From the NCBI GenBank assembly GCA_038087875.1, contig CM075988.1:13518001-13582000 (forward strand): a stretch of 64,000 nt of DNA, written 5' to 3'. The notes beneath the pieces were generated by a model. That model was not told the DNA's origin and ran no database searches. It was given only the letters and a program-made list of their open reading frames with translations. Shown piece after piece: positions 38,598 through 52,011 of the stretch. A program made the translations under genes and the position numbers. The DNA comes from Malacoraja senta. Taxonomy: Eukaryota. Positions within the stretch are counted from its first letter, which is position 1. Each line of letters starts with the position of its first letter.

Positions 38598-39810
38598 CTC
38601 CAAGGCTAGTCCAACATTTCTACTCACCTACCACAAAAAACAAAGGGTCAGAGGCACATGGCATTCAATAGATATTGCACACAAGATATTCCTATTTCAT
38701 ACATGTATTGTGAGACACAGGTAGACAAGATCCGATTGTCTACCTGGGTGGTGAAATACCATTTCCTTCGAGTTTAGAGACAGTGTAATGGGATTTGGGA
38801 GTATATGCCACCCACTCTTCCTTTTGTTAAATGCTTGCTTTTGGGTGCTTTGTGTAAACCAAGCAAGTGAGCAAAAAGAAACTTTGTGTTTACTGAAAAA
38901 GCCAGTGATTGTTCACTCTCATATTCTTGTTTGCTGGTTAGATATTTAGCCAAATATTATCAGGTCGGCAGAAAGCTGGTACATGGATTTCAGTCGTGCA
39001 AAGTGGGAGAATTGATTGGGTGAGGTCAAAACGAGGGGATAGAAAATAAATGGTAGGGAGTGCACATCCATGGATAGACACAAATAGCTGGAGTAACTCA
39101 GCGGGACAGGCAGCATCCCTGGAGAGAAGGGATGGGTGACGTTTCAGGTCGAGACCCTTCTTCAGACTCAAATCCATGGATCCCTGAAAGCAGATAGCGT
39201 GGTTACGAAGGCATATTGGATACTTGCTGAAACATAGAGCAGGGAGGTCATGCTGGAAAATTAAGATTATAGAACATAAAATGTTTTTTCCCCATGAAAT
39301 CTGTGCCAACTATGATATCAAATTAAACTAACCCCATCTGCCTGCACATGATCCACATCGCCCCATTTCCTATATGTCTGGGTGTCTGTCTAAATGCCTG
39401 TACACTCTGGATGGCTCGATTGTAATCATGTATTATCTTTCCACTGACTGGTTAGCACGCAACAAAAGCTTTTCACTGTACCTAGGTACATGTGATAATA
39501 ATTCAAACTCAACTAAAATTAAGAGAGAACGAAATGGAGTGAACCAGTTTTCTTTAGCAGGGAAATCATAAATTTAAAGGAAATGATTCAAAGCGGAAAT
39601 AAATGTGAGGAAAGATTTTTTTTTCAGTCAATGAGTGTGGGGGGTGGGGGCAGGGGGGGGGGGTGGGGGCGGGGTGTCCATTAAACACTATGTGAAGGGA
39701 AGTGAGGTTAGAAACTCCTTCACTACGTACTAGGATGAGCACATGAAATCTCTGAGCCTTGTTAACCATGGACTAAGAGCCTACAAGTGGGATTAATATC
39801 AATAGGTGTA

Positions 39811-40265
39811 TAAAGGAACTGCAGATGCTGGTTATACGCCGAAGATAGACACAAAATGCTGGAGTAACTCAGCGTAACAGGCACCATCTCTGGAGAGAAG
39901 GAATGGGTTACGTTTCGGTCGAGAACCTTCTTCAGACAAATTCAGGGGAGAGATATGGAAGGGTAAGGTGTGTAAATGACAGATCAAAGCAGATGTCGAT
40001 TAGGAAATGTAGAATGGTTCCTTGTTAGCTGAGGGGAAGATGACAAGGAGGCATACAATCCATAAAATTAATCAGAAGGACAGTGAAACTAGTCGGAGAA
40101 CTAGGGTGGGAGGGGGGATGGAGAGAGAGGGAAAGCAAAGATTACTTGAAGTTGGAGAAATCAAAATTCATACCACTGGGTTGTAAGCTGCCGAAAGCGA
40201 AATATGAGGTGTTGTTCCTCCAATTTGCATTGGGCCTCATTCTGACAGTGGAGGAGGCCCAGGAC
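39811..40265 (-). mobile_element. Penelope-like 3' fragment
   Basis: Terminal arm plus LEEQHLIF-encoding segment (aatatgaggtgttgttcctccaa). Confidence 0.8.
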
Positions 40266-40609
40266 AATTTTTTTTAAACTAGAGTGGGGAAAAATGGACT
40301 TACATAACCTTTATCTGCAACATGAGTTATTCTGAATCATGACTCCCTAATACAACAATGCCAGGTCAAGCTGTGAGGCAGACTCAGCCTCTAAATATTC
40401 AAACCCCAAAACAGTGCAGCCATGAATTGGTAACTCAGGAGGCTGCCATTAGGACAATGTTATTCTTAAATTTTAAAAAGTGTGCTTGAATATTATTTTT
40501 TCTTAATTGTTGTGCAAAGTAACATACATACCTTATGTATATGGTGCATGGATGTAAGATTCAGAGACCAATAAGCTGTAATTGTGGATTTATATAAATT
40601 ACATAAATT

Positions 40610-40917
40610 GGGCGGCATGGTGGCGCAGCGGTAGATTTGCTGCCTTACAGCACCAGGGACCCGGGTCGATCCCGACTACGGGCGCTGTCTGTACATAGTT
40701 TGTACGTTCTCCCCATGACCGCATGGGTTTTCTCCGAGATCTTCGGTTTCCTCCCACACTCCACAAGGGAGTACAGGTTGTAGATTAATTGACTTGGTGT
40801 TAAATGTAAATTGTCCCTCGTGTGTGTCGGATAGTGTTACTGTGCGGGGATTGCTGGTCGGTGCGGGCTGGGTGGGCTGAAGGGCCAGTTTCCGTGCTGT
40901 ATCTCTAAACTAAACTA
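40610..40917 (+). mobile_element. HE1-type SINE, full length
   Basis: A/B-box-like head, core ggtttcctcccacactcca, tail ctgtatctctaaactaaac. Confidence 0.88.
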
Positions 40918-43770
40918 CATGACATCTCATTAGACAATGCATTACAGCTGGTGTCACCATACTGTCGCTGTGTATTAATGGGCTTAATTATGATAAAAAT
41001 CAAATTCAAGGTCAAGATCTATTCATTTCTGCTTCTTTTCTGCGTCAATTAGTTGAAAAAGAATTTCAGCGTCAATTAGTTGGAGTAAAATGTAATGCGC
41101 TGATTAGCTGAACACTATGCTTTCATGTCTGACTACGATGTTATTGTATTACAAACAGATATTTAATAGCACCACACCACAGATGAATTTAATCAGGCTG
41201 ACTTTCAAAAAATTACCATTCAGAGTTTCAAAGGAATACTGTCCATATGTACTTTACTGCTTGATGTGATTAGATAGGAACTCAAAGCAACAGTTGGCTC
41301 ATTTACAATACCTGCCACAATCCCACTTAATGATATTCAGCAGTTTGCCTGTTAACGCTCAAATAATGATGATCAGGGCTGCCTGTTTGCTGCAACCACC
41401 ACACCATCAAATAGATTGCTTTCACTAAACCAGCTGGAAACCTTTTCACTTTGCACTGGGCTGCATTTACAAAATGAGATAAAACTAATAGCTGGAGGTG
41501 AATCTCCTTCTCAATTCTGCCAAATCTTGTCCAAATTTCACTCTTTGAGCGAATCTACAGCATAATTGCAGCATGCAGTTTCTGCTCCACATCAATACAA
41601 CTCTGGTGTAGCTGACCAGTGCCCGTCGTCTTCTGCCGTGGCGAGTTCCCTCTGTGCACTGTGTGTGTTTATTAAAAAAAAACGATTTATTGTAACACTG
41701 CAGGCCACACACACAGGAATTATTTCCACCAACAGCAGAATCCATTCCAACGCACTCCAGATAGGAAGTGTATTATTCTGAACAATTATATCCGAATGCA
41801 GGATATTTTTATCCCAGGTCACATATATTTTGGAATACTTTTTGAAGAAGTGTGGTAATTACTATTAATTACATATTCTGTCATTGAGGAGAAACATTAA
41901 ATAAAGTCCTCCATTTCCTCAATTCACACAAATTTATGTATATCCCACTCATTAATACATGTGGACAGACATACGCACATAGCTGCATACACACACACAC
42001 ACACACAAACATTTCACAATCACATTCATGTAATTAATTTCTCACACACATGTGCACACTCATGCACACACACACTGAAAGTGAACAGGTCATAAATTGT
42101 GAAAGTCAGTTACAAGTCCTCACTGGTCATGAATCCTTGCCTTATGGACATACTGTACACACGGTTGACTGATTCGGACACCAGCAGGGTGAATGGGAAT
42201 GGATTTGTCAGGTGCTGCAGATATCATCTGATGGGTGTGAGAGGAGCATTTCTGCAAGCCTTCACTCATCCCATCCTATTCAGATGGCAACAATCTGGGG
42301 CAGGGTGGGTCTGACCAGAGCTGGGAGCACCAAGCAGACTCACTCGCTGAAATATGTCATTATGTTCCAGACACCATGCAAGTAAATATAAAATTTTGAC
42401 TGTCACATTAATTTCTGCAGACCAGAAACAACGTAATTAATACATAAATGATGGAGCAGCAGTATAACAGATATGGCTTAGTCATAGACATAGACATAAA
42501 CATAGTCAAGGTTTAAAATTCACCAGTTTTAACCTGGTTCACAATAGAAACACATTCACTGCTTCAGCCTCCTAGGGTAGGGTGGGTTAGGAAATGGGCA
42601 ACTCCAGGCAGTTCACTGGAGGACGGATGTTATCAGCATTGGTGATTGTTGTGCTAACCTCACACTGATTAATTATTGCAGAGAGTAAAATGTAATGCCA
42701 AGTTTCATTTGGTAGCTTGTGTTCAATGTTAATTGACACCTGCCAGTGAACAGAGGAGTCTGGGTGAGCTGTTCATTAAGGGACCAGAACTAAGCAATTG
42801 AATGAATGCATGGATTTTTCAGTTATTATAGTCTTTCAGGCTGTGTCAATGATTACAATTTTGGTTATAATGAGCCAAGCAATGGGGAGGGGAAAGTTCC
42901 CCGATCCGAATACTCCTACAATGACAAGGGTTTGAACATAAGCATAGAGCAGAGAACAATCCAGCACAGGAACAGGTCGTTCAGCCCACAATATCTGTGC
43001 CAAAAATAATGCCAAGCTAAACTGATGTCTGCCTGGACACAGCCTGAAAAAACATCTACCGACCAATAGGCTGTGAAATGGGTGTCAGGGCAAAATAATT
43101 GATTGGGGCATTACCAGTCAGTAAACCCTCCATTATCAATATGTTGGGGGAAGAGGGGTTACCACTGACCAGAAACTGACTAGGCAACTAGAGTAGGTCG
43201 CAGGCTAAGAAATCTGTGGCATATAACTCACCTTATAACCCCACAAAGTATATCCAGCATCTACAAGGCTTGAGTCAGCAGTGTGATGGAATACCCTACA
43301 TAAACCTGGATGAGTGCAGCAAACTATCCAACCAACAACTAGAGAGCAGTCCTGAGCTGCTATCTACCTCATTGGAGACCCTTGGACTATCTTTGATCAG
43401 TCTTTACCGGACTTTATCTTGCATTAAACGTTATTCCCATTATTCCCATTATTCCCTTTATTATGTATCTACGCCGTGAATGGCTCAATTGCAAATATAT
43501 TGTCTGAGCGCTGACAAGTTAGCATGCAACACACACGCTTTTCACTGTACCTCAGTACACGTGGCACTAAACTAAACTAAATAACACTCAGGAATCATGA
43601 CACCATACAGGACACACAACCCACTTGATAGTCACCTCATTCACAATTGTTCATTCACTCCACCACCGAGGTACAGTGGCAGCACCTGAGACACCTTCTA
43701 AACCCAGGACCTCTACCAGTCTGAATCATTAATTCACAAAGCTCGCCAACCAGAGTCCTGGCCTTTACTG

Positions 43771-44214
43771 TTTAGTTTAGTTTCGAGAAACAGCAGGGGT
43801 GGGAGATTGCAACCTTCACGTGGTCCGCCCTGTTTCGACAAATGCAATCAACCTGGCGTGCACAATCAAATAAGATCAAATAGAACAAGTTGTCCGACAA
43901 CTTTAGGCTGTGCACGCCATACGCAAGAAGAAGAAGAAGAGATACAGCACAGAAACAGGCCCTTCGGCCCACCGAGTCTGCGCCGACCAGCGATCTCTGC
44001 ACATTAACACTATCCTACACACTGGGGACAATTTACAATTTTACCAAGCCAATTAACCTACAAACCTGTAGGAAACCGGAGCACACGGAGAAGACCCATG
44101 CAGGTTGCAGGGGAAACGTACAAACTCCGTACAGACAGCACCTGTAGTCAGGATCGAACCCGGGTGTCCGGCACTGTAAGGCAGCAACTCTACCGCCGCG
44201 ACACCGTGCCGCCC
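43771..44214 (-). mobile_element. HE1-type SINE with insertion in its tail
   Basis: Head at 44214 (gggcggcacggtg); the tail (tttag)n at 43771 is separated from the body by 43796-43938. Confidence 0.85.
43796..43938 (+). mobile_element. Vingi/Ingi-like LINE 3' end with (GAA)n tail
   Basis: Ends cgccatacgc(aag)n. TSD gagaaacagca/gagatacagca (43785-43795, 43939-43949). Family assignment is from a recalled tail motif. Confidence 0.6.
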
Positions 44215-44659
44215 AACTGAAAAGGCCTTTAGCGAAAATGGGCCTATTAACAAAAGGAATAGAGGCTTATCCAAGATCATCACATTTATTTGTTAGATAG
44301 GAACACGCTTGTTGATATAGATGCTTTCCTCAGGTGCTGATTTATTCGGAGAAAGTTGAGAGAATATTTGTGAGTAGAGAGAGAAATCAATGAGACTTTT
44401 TTGCCAGTTTGTTCAAATTTTGCTCCAAATCAAAATATGTTCACAGAAAGCAATTTCAAAATGCCGCCTTGGTGGAAATATTCTCATGGTTTTTATATCA
44501 CAGGTGACTTACCTCCTGAACTTTATTTGCTTTCTTTCCCCCACCCCCATCTAACCTTACTGAAATGCATAGAACACAAAATGCTGGAGTAACTCACAGG
44601 TCAGGCAGTACCTCAGGAGGACACGGATAGGCGATGTTTTAAGTCGGGACTCTTACTGA

Positions 44660-44840
44660 AACAGATAAGTTGGCCATTATCACATTGACCATCAACGGGG
44701 CTGGCTGTGCACAAAATGGGTTCGGTATTTCGGTCATTACGACAGTGACTATACCTAAGGAAAGAGTATTTCAAAGATTTGAAAGTGCCTTGGGATATTC
44801 TGAAAGCGATTTGAAAGGCATTTTCAAAATGCAATCTTTT
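44660..44840 (+). mobile_element. Ancient DeuSINE-like (SacSINE1/AmnSINE1-type) 3' remnant
   Basis: ggccattatcacattg...gctgtgcacaaaatgg...cattacgacagtgacta...aaagtgccttgggata...tgaaaggca...aaatgcaa follows the recalled Deu-domain/L2-tail order. Confidence 0.55.
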
Positions 44841-45187
44841 TCTCTGGATGGAGGTCCAACAATGAAACCATGTGTGGAATTTTACAGCAGATTGGAGGGA
44901 AATCTAGGACATCAATAAGTTCTGAGCTTTTGCCCAGAGTTGCTGTTAACAAAATGGATGGATGTTGCAAACGCATATTCCAGATCAGGAATTTCAACAT
45001 GTGGGAGTGCATTTAGGAAAAAATTGGTCATTATAATTAATGGATGGGGAGTAGGTCTGGTATCTCCTTCTCATACAGCTGATAGACAAAGCAGAGTGAG
45101 CAAAGCATGCATTAAGAAACTCACTATCTTCAGAGTCATCAGTTCAGCAACCCCACCATCTTGCATAACAGGTTCTTCAGGGCAATG

Positions 45188-45516
45188 GGGTGGCATAGTG
45201 GTGCAGCTGGTAGTGCTGCTGCCTCACGGCGCCGCAGACCCGAGTTCGATCCTGACCTTCGGATCCTGTCTGTGTGGAATTTGCACGTTTCCCTGTGACC
45301 ACATGGATTTCTTCCGGGTGTTCCAGTTTCCTCACACATTCCAAAGACATGCTGGTTTGTAGGTTAATTACCCTCTGTTAATCGCTCCTAATGTGCAGGG
45401 AGTGGATGAGAAAGTGGGAGAACATAGAACTTGTGTGTAGGGGTGGTGGATAGTCAGTATGGACTCGATGTGCTGAAAGTCTTGTTTCCATGCTGTATCT
45501 CTAAATTAAACTAAAC
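45188..45516 (+). mobile_element. HE1-type SINE (older subfamily)
   Basis: tRNA-like head, core and (taaac)n tail. Confidence 0.85.
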
Positions 45517-46674
45517 ATCAGTGCAGAAAGCAGGAACATTTCCTTGCCTCTCACTAACGACCCAACCCCCACCTCAGCTCCCCAGTGCCATTTGCTTGGG
45601 CCTCCTGCCTGCAGTCCATATGTAGCACAGATGGGTAGGTGGCTGTTTGGTGGGATCACATTACCCTTCTGCAGAAGTGCTCTTTTTCCACAATCCATTG
45701 AAAACTGAAAGAATGTAGAGGCATTTTGCATTGAGCTGAGGATTCTAGATTTATAACTGCAAAGTAAGTACAGTAAGATGAATGCTTTAAATCTGTGCTT
45801 CTTACCATAAGAGCACTCCTGTGTTTCAGCAGTTCAATGGATTTCATTCGTATTCTTCTCATTTGCAATGATAGATGAAACCCAATCAAACTCGTGCTCA
45901 ATTATACACAACTGATCCTGTTCAAAAATAGATCACTTTTCACATCTCTCCCAGCAATACTAGTATTCTGTATGGTCCTCGGAGAGTAACAATTGGGTCT
46001 TTTTAATAAAAATCTTTATAACATATATCACTATTATGGAAAGGAATAAATGTTTCATTCTGTGTTCCAAATCTGTATTTAAGTGCTTCTACTTTAAGTG
46101 TAACACGGAATCTATCTACAGTGGAGAGGTTACATAGCCATTCTCCCCTCTGTCCATCCTTTGAAGGAAGGGAAATCTGAGGTAAGAGTATTGATCTTTG
46201 AAGCTCTCTGCTTCCAATATTTATCCAATTCTCTTTTAACAAACATTATGACAGAATTGAACAGCAAGACCGCAGGTGTTTCCTCCAGGCATCCAGTTTC
46301 CTCCCACATCCCCAAGACGTACAGGTAAAATTGTAAATTGTCCTTAGTGTGTAAGATAATGCTGGTGTTCGAGGATCACTTTTCTGCGCGGGCTGAAGGG
46401 CAAGATTCCGCATTGTATCTCTAAAGTCTAAAGTCTGAAGTCTTAAATTCAACTAGCAACCCACATTTTAATATATATCATCACATAATTTGGGTTTGTA
46501 CATTAATTAAGGACAATTTACAATTTAACTTGTACATCTTTGGGATGTGGGAAGAAACCGGAGTACCTGGAGGAAAAGGGGAGAACGTACAAACTCCGTA
46601 CAGACAGTACGCGTAGTCAAGGCGACACCATGCCTCCCTTGTTATTACAATGTTATAAGAATTTCAGTGTTCGT

Positions 46675-46925
46675 ACAGAGCTATACAACATGGAAATTGG
46701 CCCCTCAGCCCAACTTGTCCATGCTGACCAAGATGCCCATCTAAGCTAGCCCGACCTGCTCACTTTTTGCCCATATCCCTTTAAACCTTCCCTTTTTATG
46801 TACTTGTCCAAATGTATTTTAAATGCTCTAGTACCTGCCTCAACTACCTCCTCTGGCAGCTTGTTCCATATACCCACCACCATTTGTGTAAAAACGTTGC
46901 CCCTCAGGTTCCTATTGAATCTTTC
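46675..46925 (-). mobile_element. CR1 LINE 3' end
   Basis: ORF 46746..46958 RNLRGNVFTQMVVGIWNKLPEEVVEAG. Confidence 0.85.
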
Positions 46926-47311
46926 TTCTGCTTGCTGATGGGCACGGCCTATCTGCATTCTATTGATTTATTGTGAAGGTGCCGCATGGTGCCCTGAAAA
47001 TTATCTCTGTTTACAAAGGAGTTACAAAACAAATCAATCTGTTCAGAAATAGAGAATGCTGAAAATACTCATCACATCAGGCAGGATCTGACAAGAGAGA
47101 AACTGAGTTCCTGAGCAGCAAACCACTGTCAGAATATTTGCTGCTGCTGTTTTGATGAGGATAGAGCTAACTGGGAACATTTTCAAAAGCTGAAACAGAC
47201 ACGACATCCATTCCTATACCATCCACCGGAACGGACTTGAATCTGGAGCACAAGCCCAGTCTCGATGATACTCAAAGGAAACCTCTCAGGAGATTAACAT
47301 CCTTTTTATAA

Positions 47312-47640
47312 GGGCAGCACAGTGGTACAGCAGGTAGAGCTACTGCCACATAATGCCAGAGACCTGAATTTGATCCTGACCTCGGGTACTGTTCTGTGTG
47401 GAGTTTGCACGTTCTCCCTATGACCGAGTGAGTTTACTTCGGGTGTTCTGGTTTCCTCCCACATGCCAAAGACGTGCTGGTTTGTAGGTTAATTGACTGC
47501 TGTAAATTGCTCCTAGTGTGTAGGGAGTGGATGAGAATGTGGGATAACATAGAACTAGTGTTAACGGGTGATGGCTGGTTGGCACGGACTCGGTGGGCCA
47601 AGGGGCCTGTTTCCACGCTGTACCTCTAAATCTACATCTA
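47312..47640 (+). mobile_element. HE1-type SINE (older subfamily)
   Basis: Same layout as 45188-45516. Confidence 0.85.
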
Positions 47641-50600
47641 ATCTTCCATTAGTGAACACAACTCTCAGCAGCCAACAGAATAGGCTTTATTCAGTAAATA
47701 CTACATGGATTTTGTCAGAGATAGACACAAAAAGCTGGAGTAATTCAGCGGGACAGGCAGCATCTCTGGAGAAAAGGAATGGGTGACGTTTCGGGTCGAG
47801 ACCCTTCTTCTGTGGCATATCATCTACAGCTGGGTTGTGTGGACATATTTGATTATCCTGTGTGTGAATCAAAAAATTCCACATTTGGCCTGCCAAAGCT
47901 GACTCTGCCAAAAATGTTTGACTGTGTTGGTTCCCATGGCAACACTCCCGTGCAACATAAAATTCCACCATGAAGGAGGCACCTTTTTCTTAGCAAACAG
48001 AACAATCAGATCAAAGAGTTCCATCTTCTCTACTGGGTACTCCATTGAACCTTGCCATCTTGGTGACCATTTGTGTCACATCTGTCCCAATAATAGTGTT
48101 TTTGTGACATCTCTGAGGATTAATATGAACTTCTTATGCACTTACATAATTGCACAATGTCAGCCAGTGTTGATATTCCCTGTGCCATGATATGGTTGGA
48201 ATTCAATCCCCATTTTATTCTCTTCCTCTGTGTAATTGTCATGTGTGACAGGTCACAATGAAATGATGTTCAGTATCAAGATTTGTTTTCATGATAATAG
48301 GATTAATTTTATTATATTTCAAAATATTTAACCACGTCTTGTTTTCATTGACATTTTCAAACAATTCTGCGGTTTAGAGTAATATATTCTGGAATACAGC
48401 TCGACAAATGTTCAGTCTCTGAAATGTAAACTTTGAAATACTCGTCTCCTGCAAGAGCTCAGCTGTCAACAATATTGAATATCCTTGTTTAGGAAATGGA
48501 TTGTATGGAGTTATTTTTTTGGGTTGAAATTGTGTGGCTGAGGAGTCCAATTGGATTCTATACTGATTCTATATTGCAAGTGTTTAATGGCATGGTAGGT
48601 CTCTCCTTTATCCTTTTCTCATATTTTTTACTTAGAATATAAATCTAATCCTTTGCTTAAATAAGGTCAAGGGACTATTCTAGCATCGGTGGTGGGTAAG
48701 CAAAGCTGCTCTTCAACCATGTTGCAAACTAAAGAGGAAAGAAGGAATCTTCTGGAAAGTTTCAATACATTTTTTTATCATGATTCAATGTTGAATATCC
48801 ACACCCAAGTCAAAAGGTTATCCGCTTCCTCACATTAATTTATTATTCCTCTCATTTATTAGATTGCTTTTACAGTGTACTATGTTTACATATTATGTTG
48901 TGCTGCTGCAAATAAGAATTTCATTGTTCTACCTGGGACATATGACAATAAAACACTCTTGACTCTATTGATACTGGGTTACTCAGAATCCTGACTATCC
49001 TGATATTTGAGTTATTTCAATAATTCTCATTTCTTGCATCTACACTTAAAAAAAAAAAAATCTTGTTTTGGTGCAAAATCTACTTGAATCTTCCACAGAT
49101 CCTTTGTATCTGCATTGCATCAGCTAGAGAGCGGTCTTGACCTCCCATCTAGCTCGCTAAAGATCTTTGAACTATATTTAATTGGACTTTATAGGATTTC
49201 TAATGTTATATCTCGCACCAAATGTTGTACCCTTTATCCTTTATCTGTGCAATGTGGACAACTTGATTGTATTCATGTATAGTATTTTCTTTGACTGCAG
49301 AGCATGCAAATAAAAGATTATCACTGTACCTCTGTACATGCGACAATAATAAACTCAAATAAACTAAACTAGAGCTTTGGCTAGAGGAGGCTCAGGTATT
49401 TCTGCAGAGTCATTAAAGACTATGTTTACAATTTAGAAACCATTAATGATTTTCTTTGGCTTGTGATGTGATATAAAAACTAAAAATACTTAAATCACTC
49501 AGCGGGTCAGGCACCATCGAATAAAAAATAAAATTAGTTAACATTTTAGGTTGAAAGGTAGCCTTCACCAGAATGATTTTTCTTGCAGGGCATGTGCACA
49601 CATTTTCCAGCAAGATGAGAGCCTTTTTCCCACTTGGATCAGTGTTATGATCTTGAAAGCTATGGTTGAAACTGTGGTGACAACAAATTCAGTAATAACT
49701 TCCAGAAGAGAATTGCATGATTGTTTGGTAAAACATTGCCTAGGTGTGAGGAAAGTGTACCGAAATGCAGGTAATTTAAGTGCTCTCAGAGAAAAGTACA
49801 GGCATAGTGGATTGAATTTTTTCTCTAATGTATCATTATGTATGATGTACTGATCTCCAAGTGGTAAAATTGTGAGGTACAATCTAATACCAGGTATAAT
49901 GTGGAAACTGCTATTTACTCTGTTGCTTTTAGATCTACATTTCCAAGATAGCTTTTGATAGATATAAATCTGTAAATAATTTATAGAAGAAGACACACAT
50001 TGCTGGAGTAATTCAGTGTGTCAGACCACATCTCTGGAGCACATGGATAGGTGATGTTGCGTGTCAGGACCCTTCTTCAGACTCTTGGACATGTCCTCCA
50101 GAGATTCTGCCTGACCCGCTGAGTTACTCCGGCAGTTTGTGTCTTCTTTTGTAAACCAGCATCAGAAGTTCCTTGTTTCTAAATAATTTAAAAGAACAAT
50201 GCGATGAAAATAATAGGCAGGGAGAGGGGAAGTGAAATGTATTATTTTGGAAAGGAAAGAGTAAAGAATGAATTTTATTTTTGAAGATTAAAAGTCACAG
50301 AAATGCTCGTATCTTTGTCAAAATGTAATGCATTCGAATTGTAAGTGAGGTGGATGTCTAATTATTTTCCCTTTATGCTTTTCCTTTAGCAGTTCCAAAC
50401 ACTGGGCAAGGTGCTGAGGCAACTCAATATTACATCCACAAAATTAAAGGAAACAAAAACAGCTTTATTCAGTTAATGACCTCAGTTAATAACAGCTCAA
50501 TGACCTCGCAGCAAGCATTGATGTCGTTCTTTTCATCTGCTGATAATGTTCTTCACATTGCTGACCGGTGAAGAGTTATGATATCATCTGACGCATGTTT

Positions 50601-52011
50601 TTATTACCTAGAACTGACATAACCACATTACTCACTGCTCATTTTTGAATCAATATAATCATGAATAAGTAATGACAAGATAAAAGTAATAAATGGATCA
50701 AACATATAAAGGGGTGATCTTTTTCTCTGAAAATTCATCTGAAAACCTCATTCACACTGGTTGTATTAGAAAACACAACTAATTGATTAGTTTAGTTTAT
50801 TATTGTCACGTATACCGAGCTACAGTGCAAAGCTTTTGTTTGTGCACTATCCAGTCAAAGAAAAGACTATCCATGACGATATTACCTGTACGTCTTTGGG
50901 ATGAGGGAGGAAATCAAGCCATCCACAATACCAATAAAGGATAAAGGGTACAACATTTGTGCAAGATAAAGTTGATTGATTCAAATCTATTAAATAAACT
51001 ACATTCATCGCCATTTCTATTTACTTTAAACTAAGATTAAACTTTCCTTTAGATATCTATTTTTAATATACTGCATCTGAGCACCATGTAATCATATTCA
51101 AAAAGTTCAATGAATAAATTACAAATGGTGCAGATCTGAATTTAAAATCATAAATATCATAAAATCATAGCAGGTGACACAAAGTATAAATAACAGCTGT
51201 CATGCAAATGCTTGCACAAATTTGACAAACCGATCTATGCAAGAAATGTTAATCTGCCTTTTCTCTTGAATGACTGACATGTTTTGTTTTTTAGTGTTTT
51301 GCAGATTGTTTCTCACATACAGTAGTTTCCTCACTTTCATAACTGCTAAATGCCAGAAAAGGCCACAGTCAACATTCTTATTGTGGCACAGAAGGATACA
51401 TTGCAGGTTCACAGGGACATAGGAGAGAGGAAACGGGGCAAATAGGTTGCTACCCTGGGAGCTGATATAGACTCAAATGAGAGAATGGCCTTCTTCTGTG
51501 TCATTATACGTATACAATAAGTATAGTGGAGACACAAGAAACTTCAAATACTGCTTTACAAAGAAAGACACAAAGTGCTGGAGTACCTCAGTACCCTCTT
51601 GCACGTTCTCCCTGTGACAGTGTGAGTTTTCTCCGGGTGCTCCGGTTTCCTCCCACACTCCAAAGACACACAGGTTTCTCGGTTAATTGACCTCTGGAAA
51701 ACTGCCTCAGGTGTGTAGTGTATGGGTGATCGTTGGTCAACGCAGAATCAGTGGCCAGAGGGCTTGTTTCTCTAACCTCTGTATCTCTAACCTCTAAACT
51801 AAACTAAACTAAACTAAACCAAACTCAATGGGTCAGGCAGCATCTCTGGAGAGCATGGAAAGCTGATGTTTTGGATCAGGGGCCAATAGTGTGCTTTTGT
51901 GATCACTATTTTGAATTCTGCTTCTGAAAATCACTTCCATAGATTTTATACATTACCAGTCTGAAGAATAGTTCTGACCTGTTCTTCTCCCTTCACCGAT
52001 TGAGATCCTTC

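Noticed and set aside
40610..40680. tRNA-like A/B boxes
   Set aside because: SINE heads followed by SINE core and tail, not tRNA genes.
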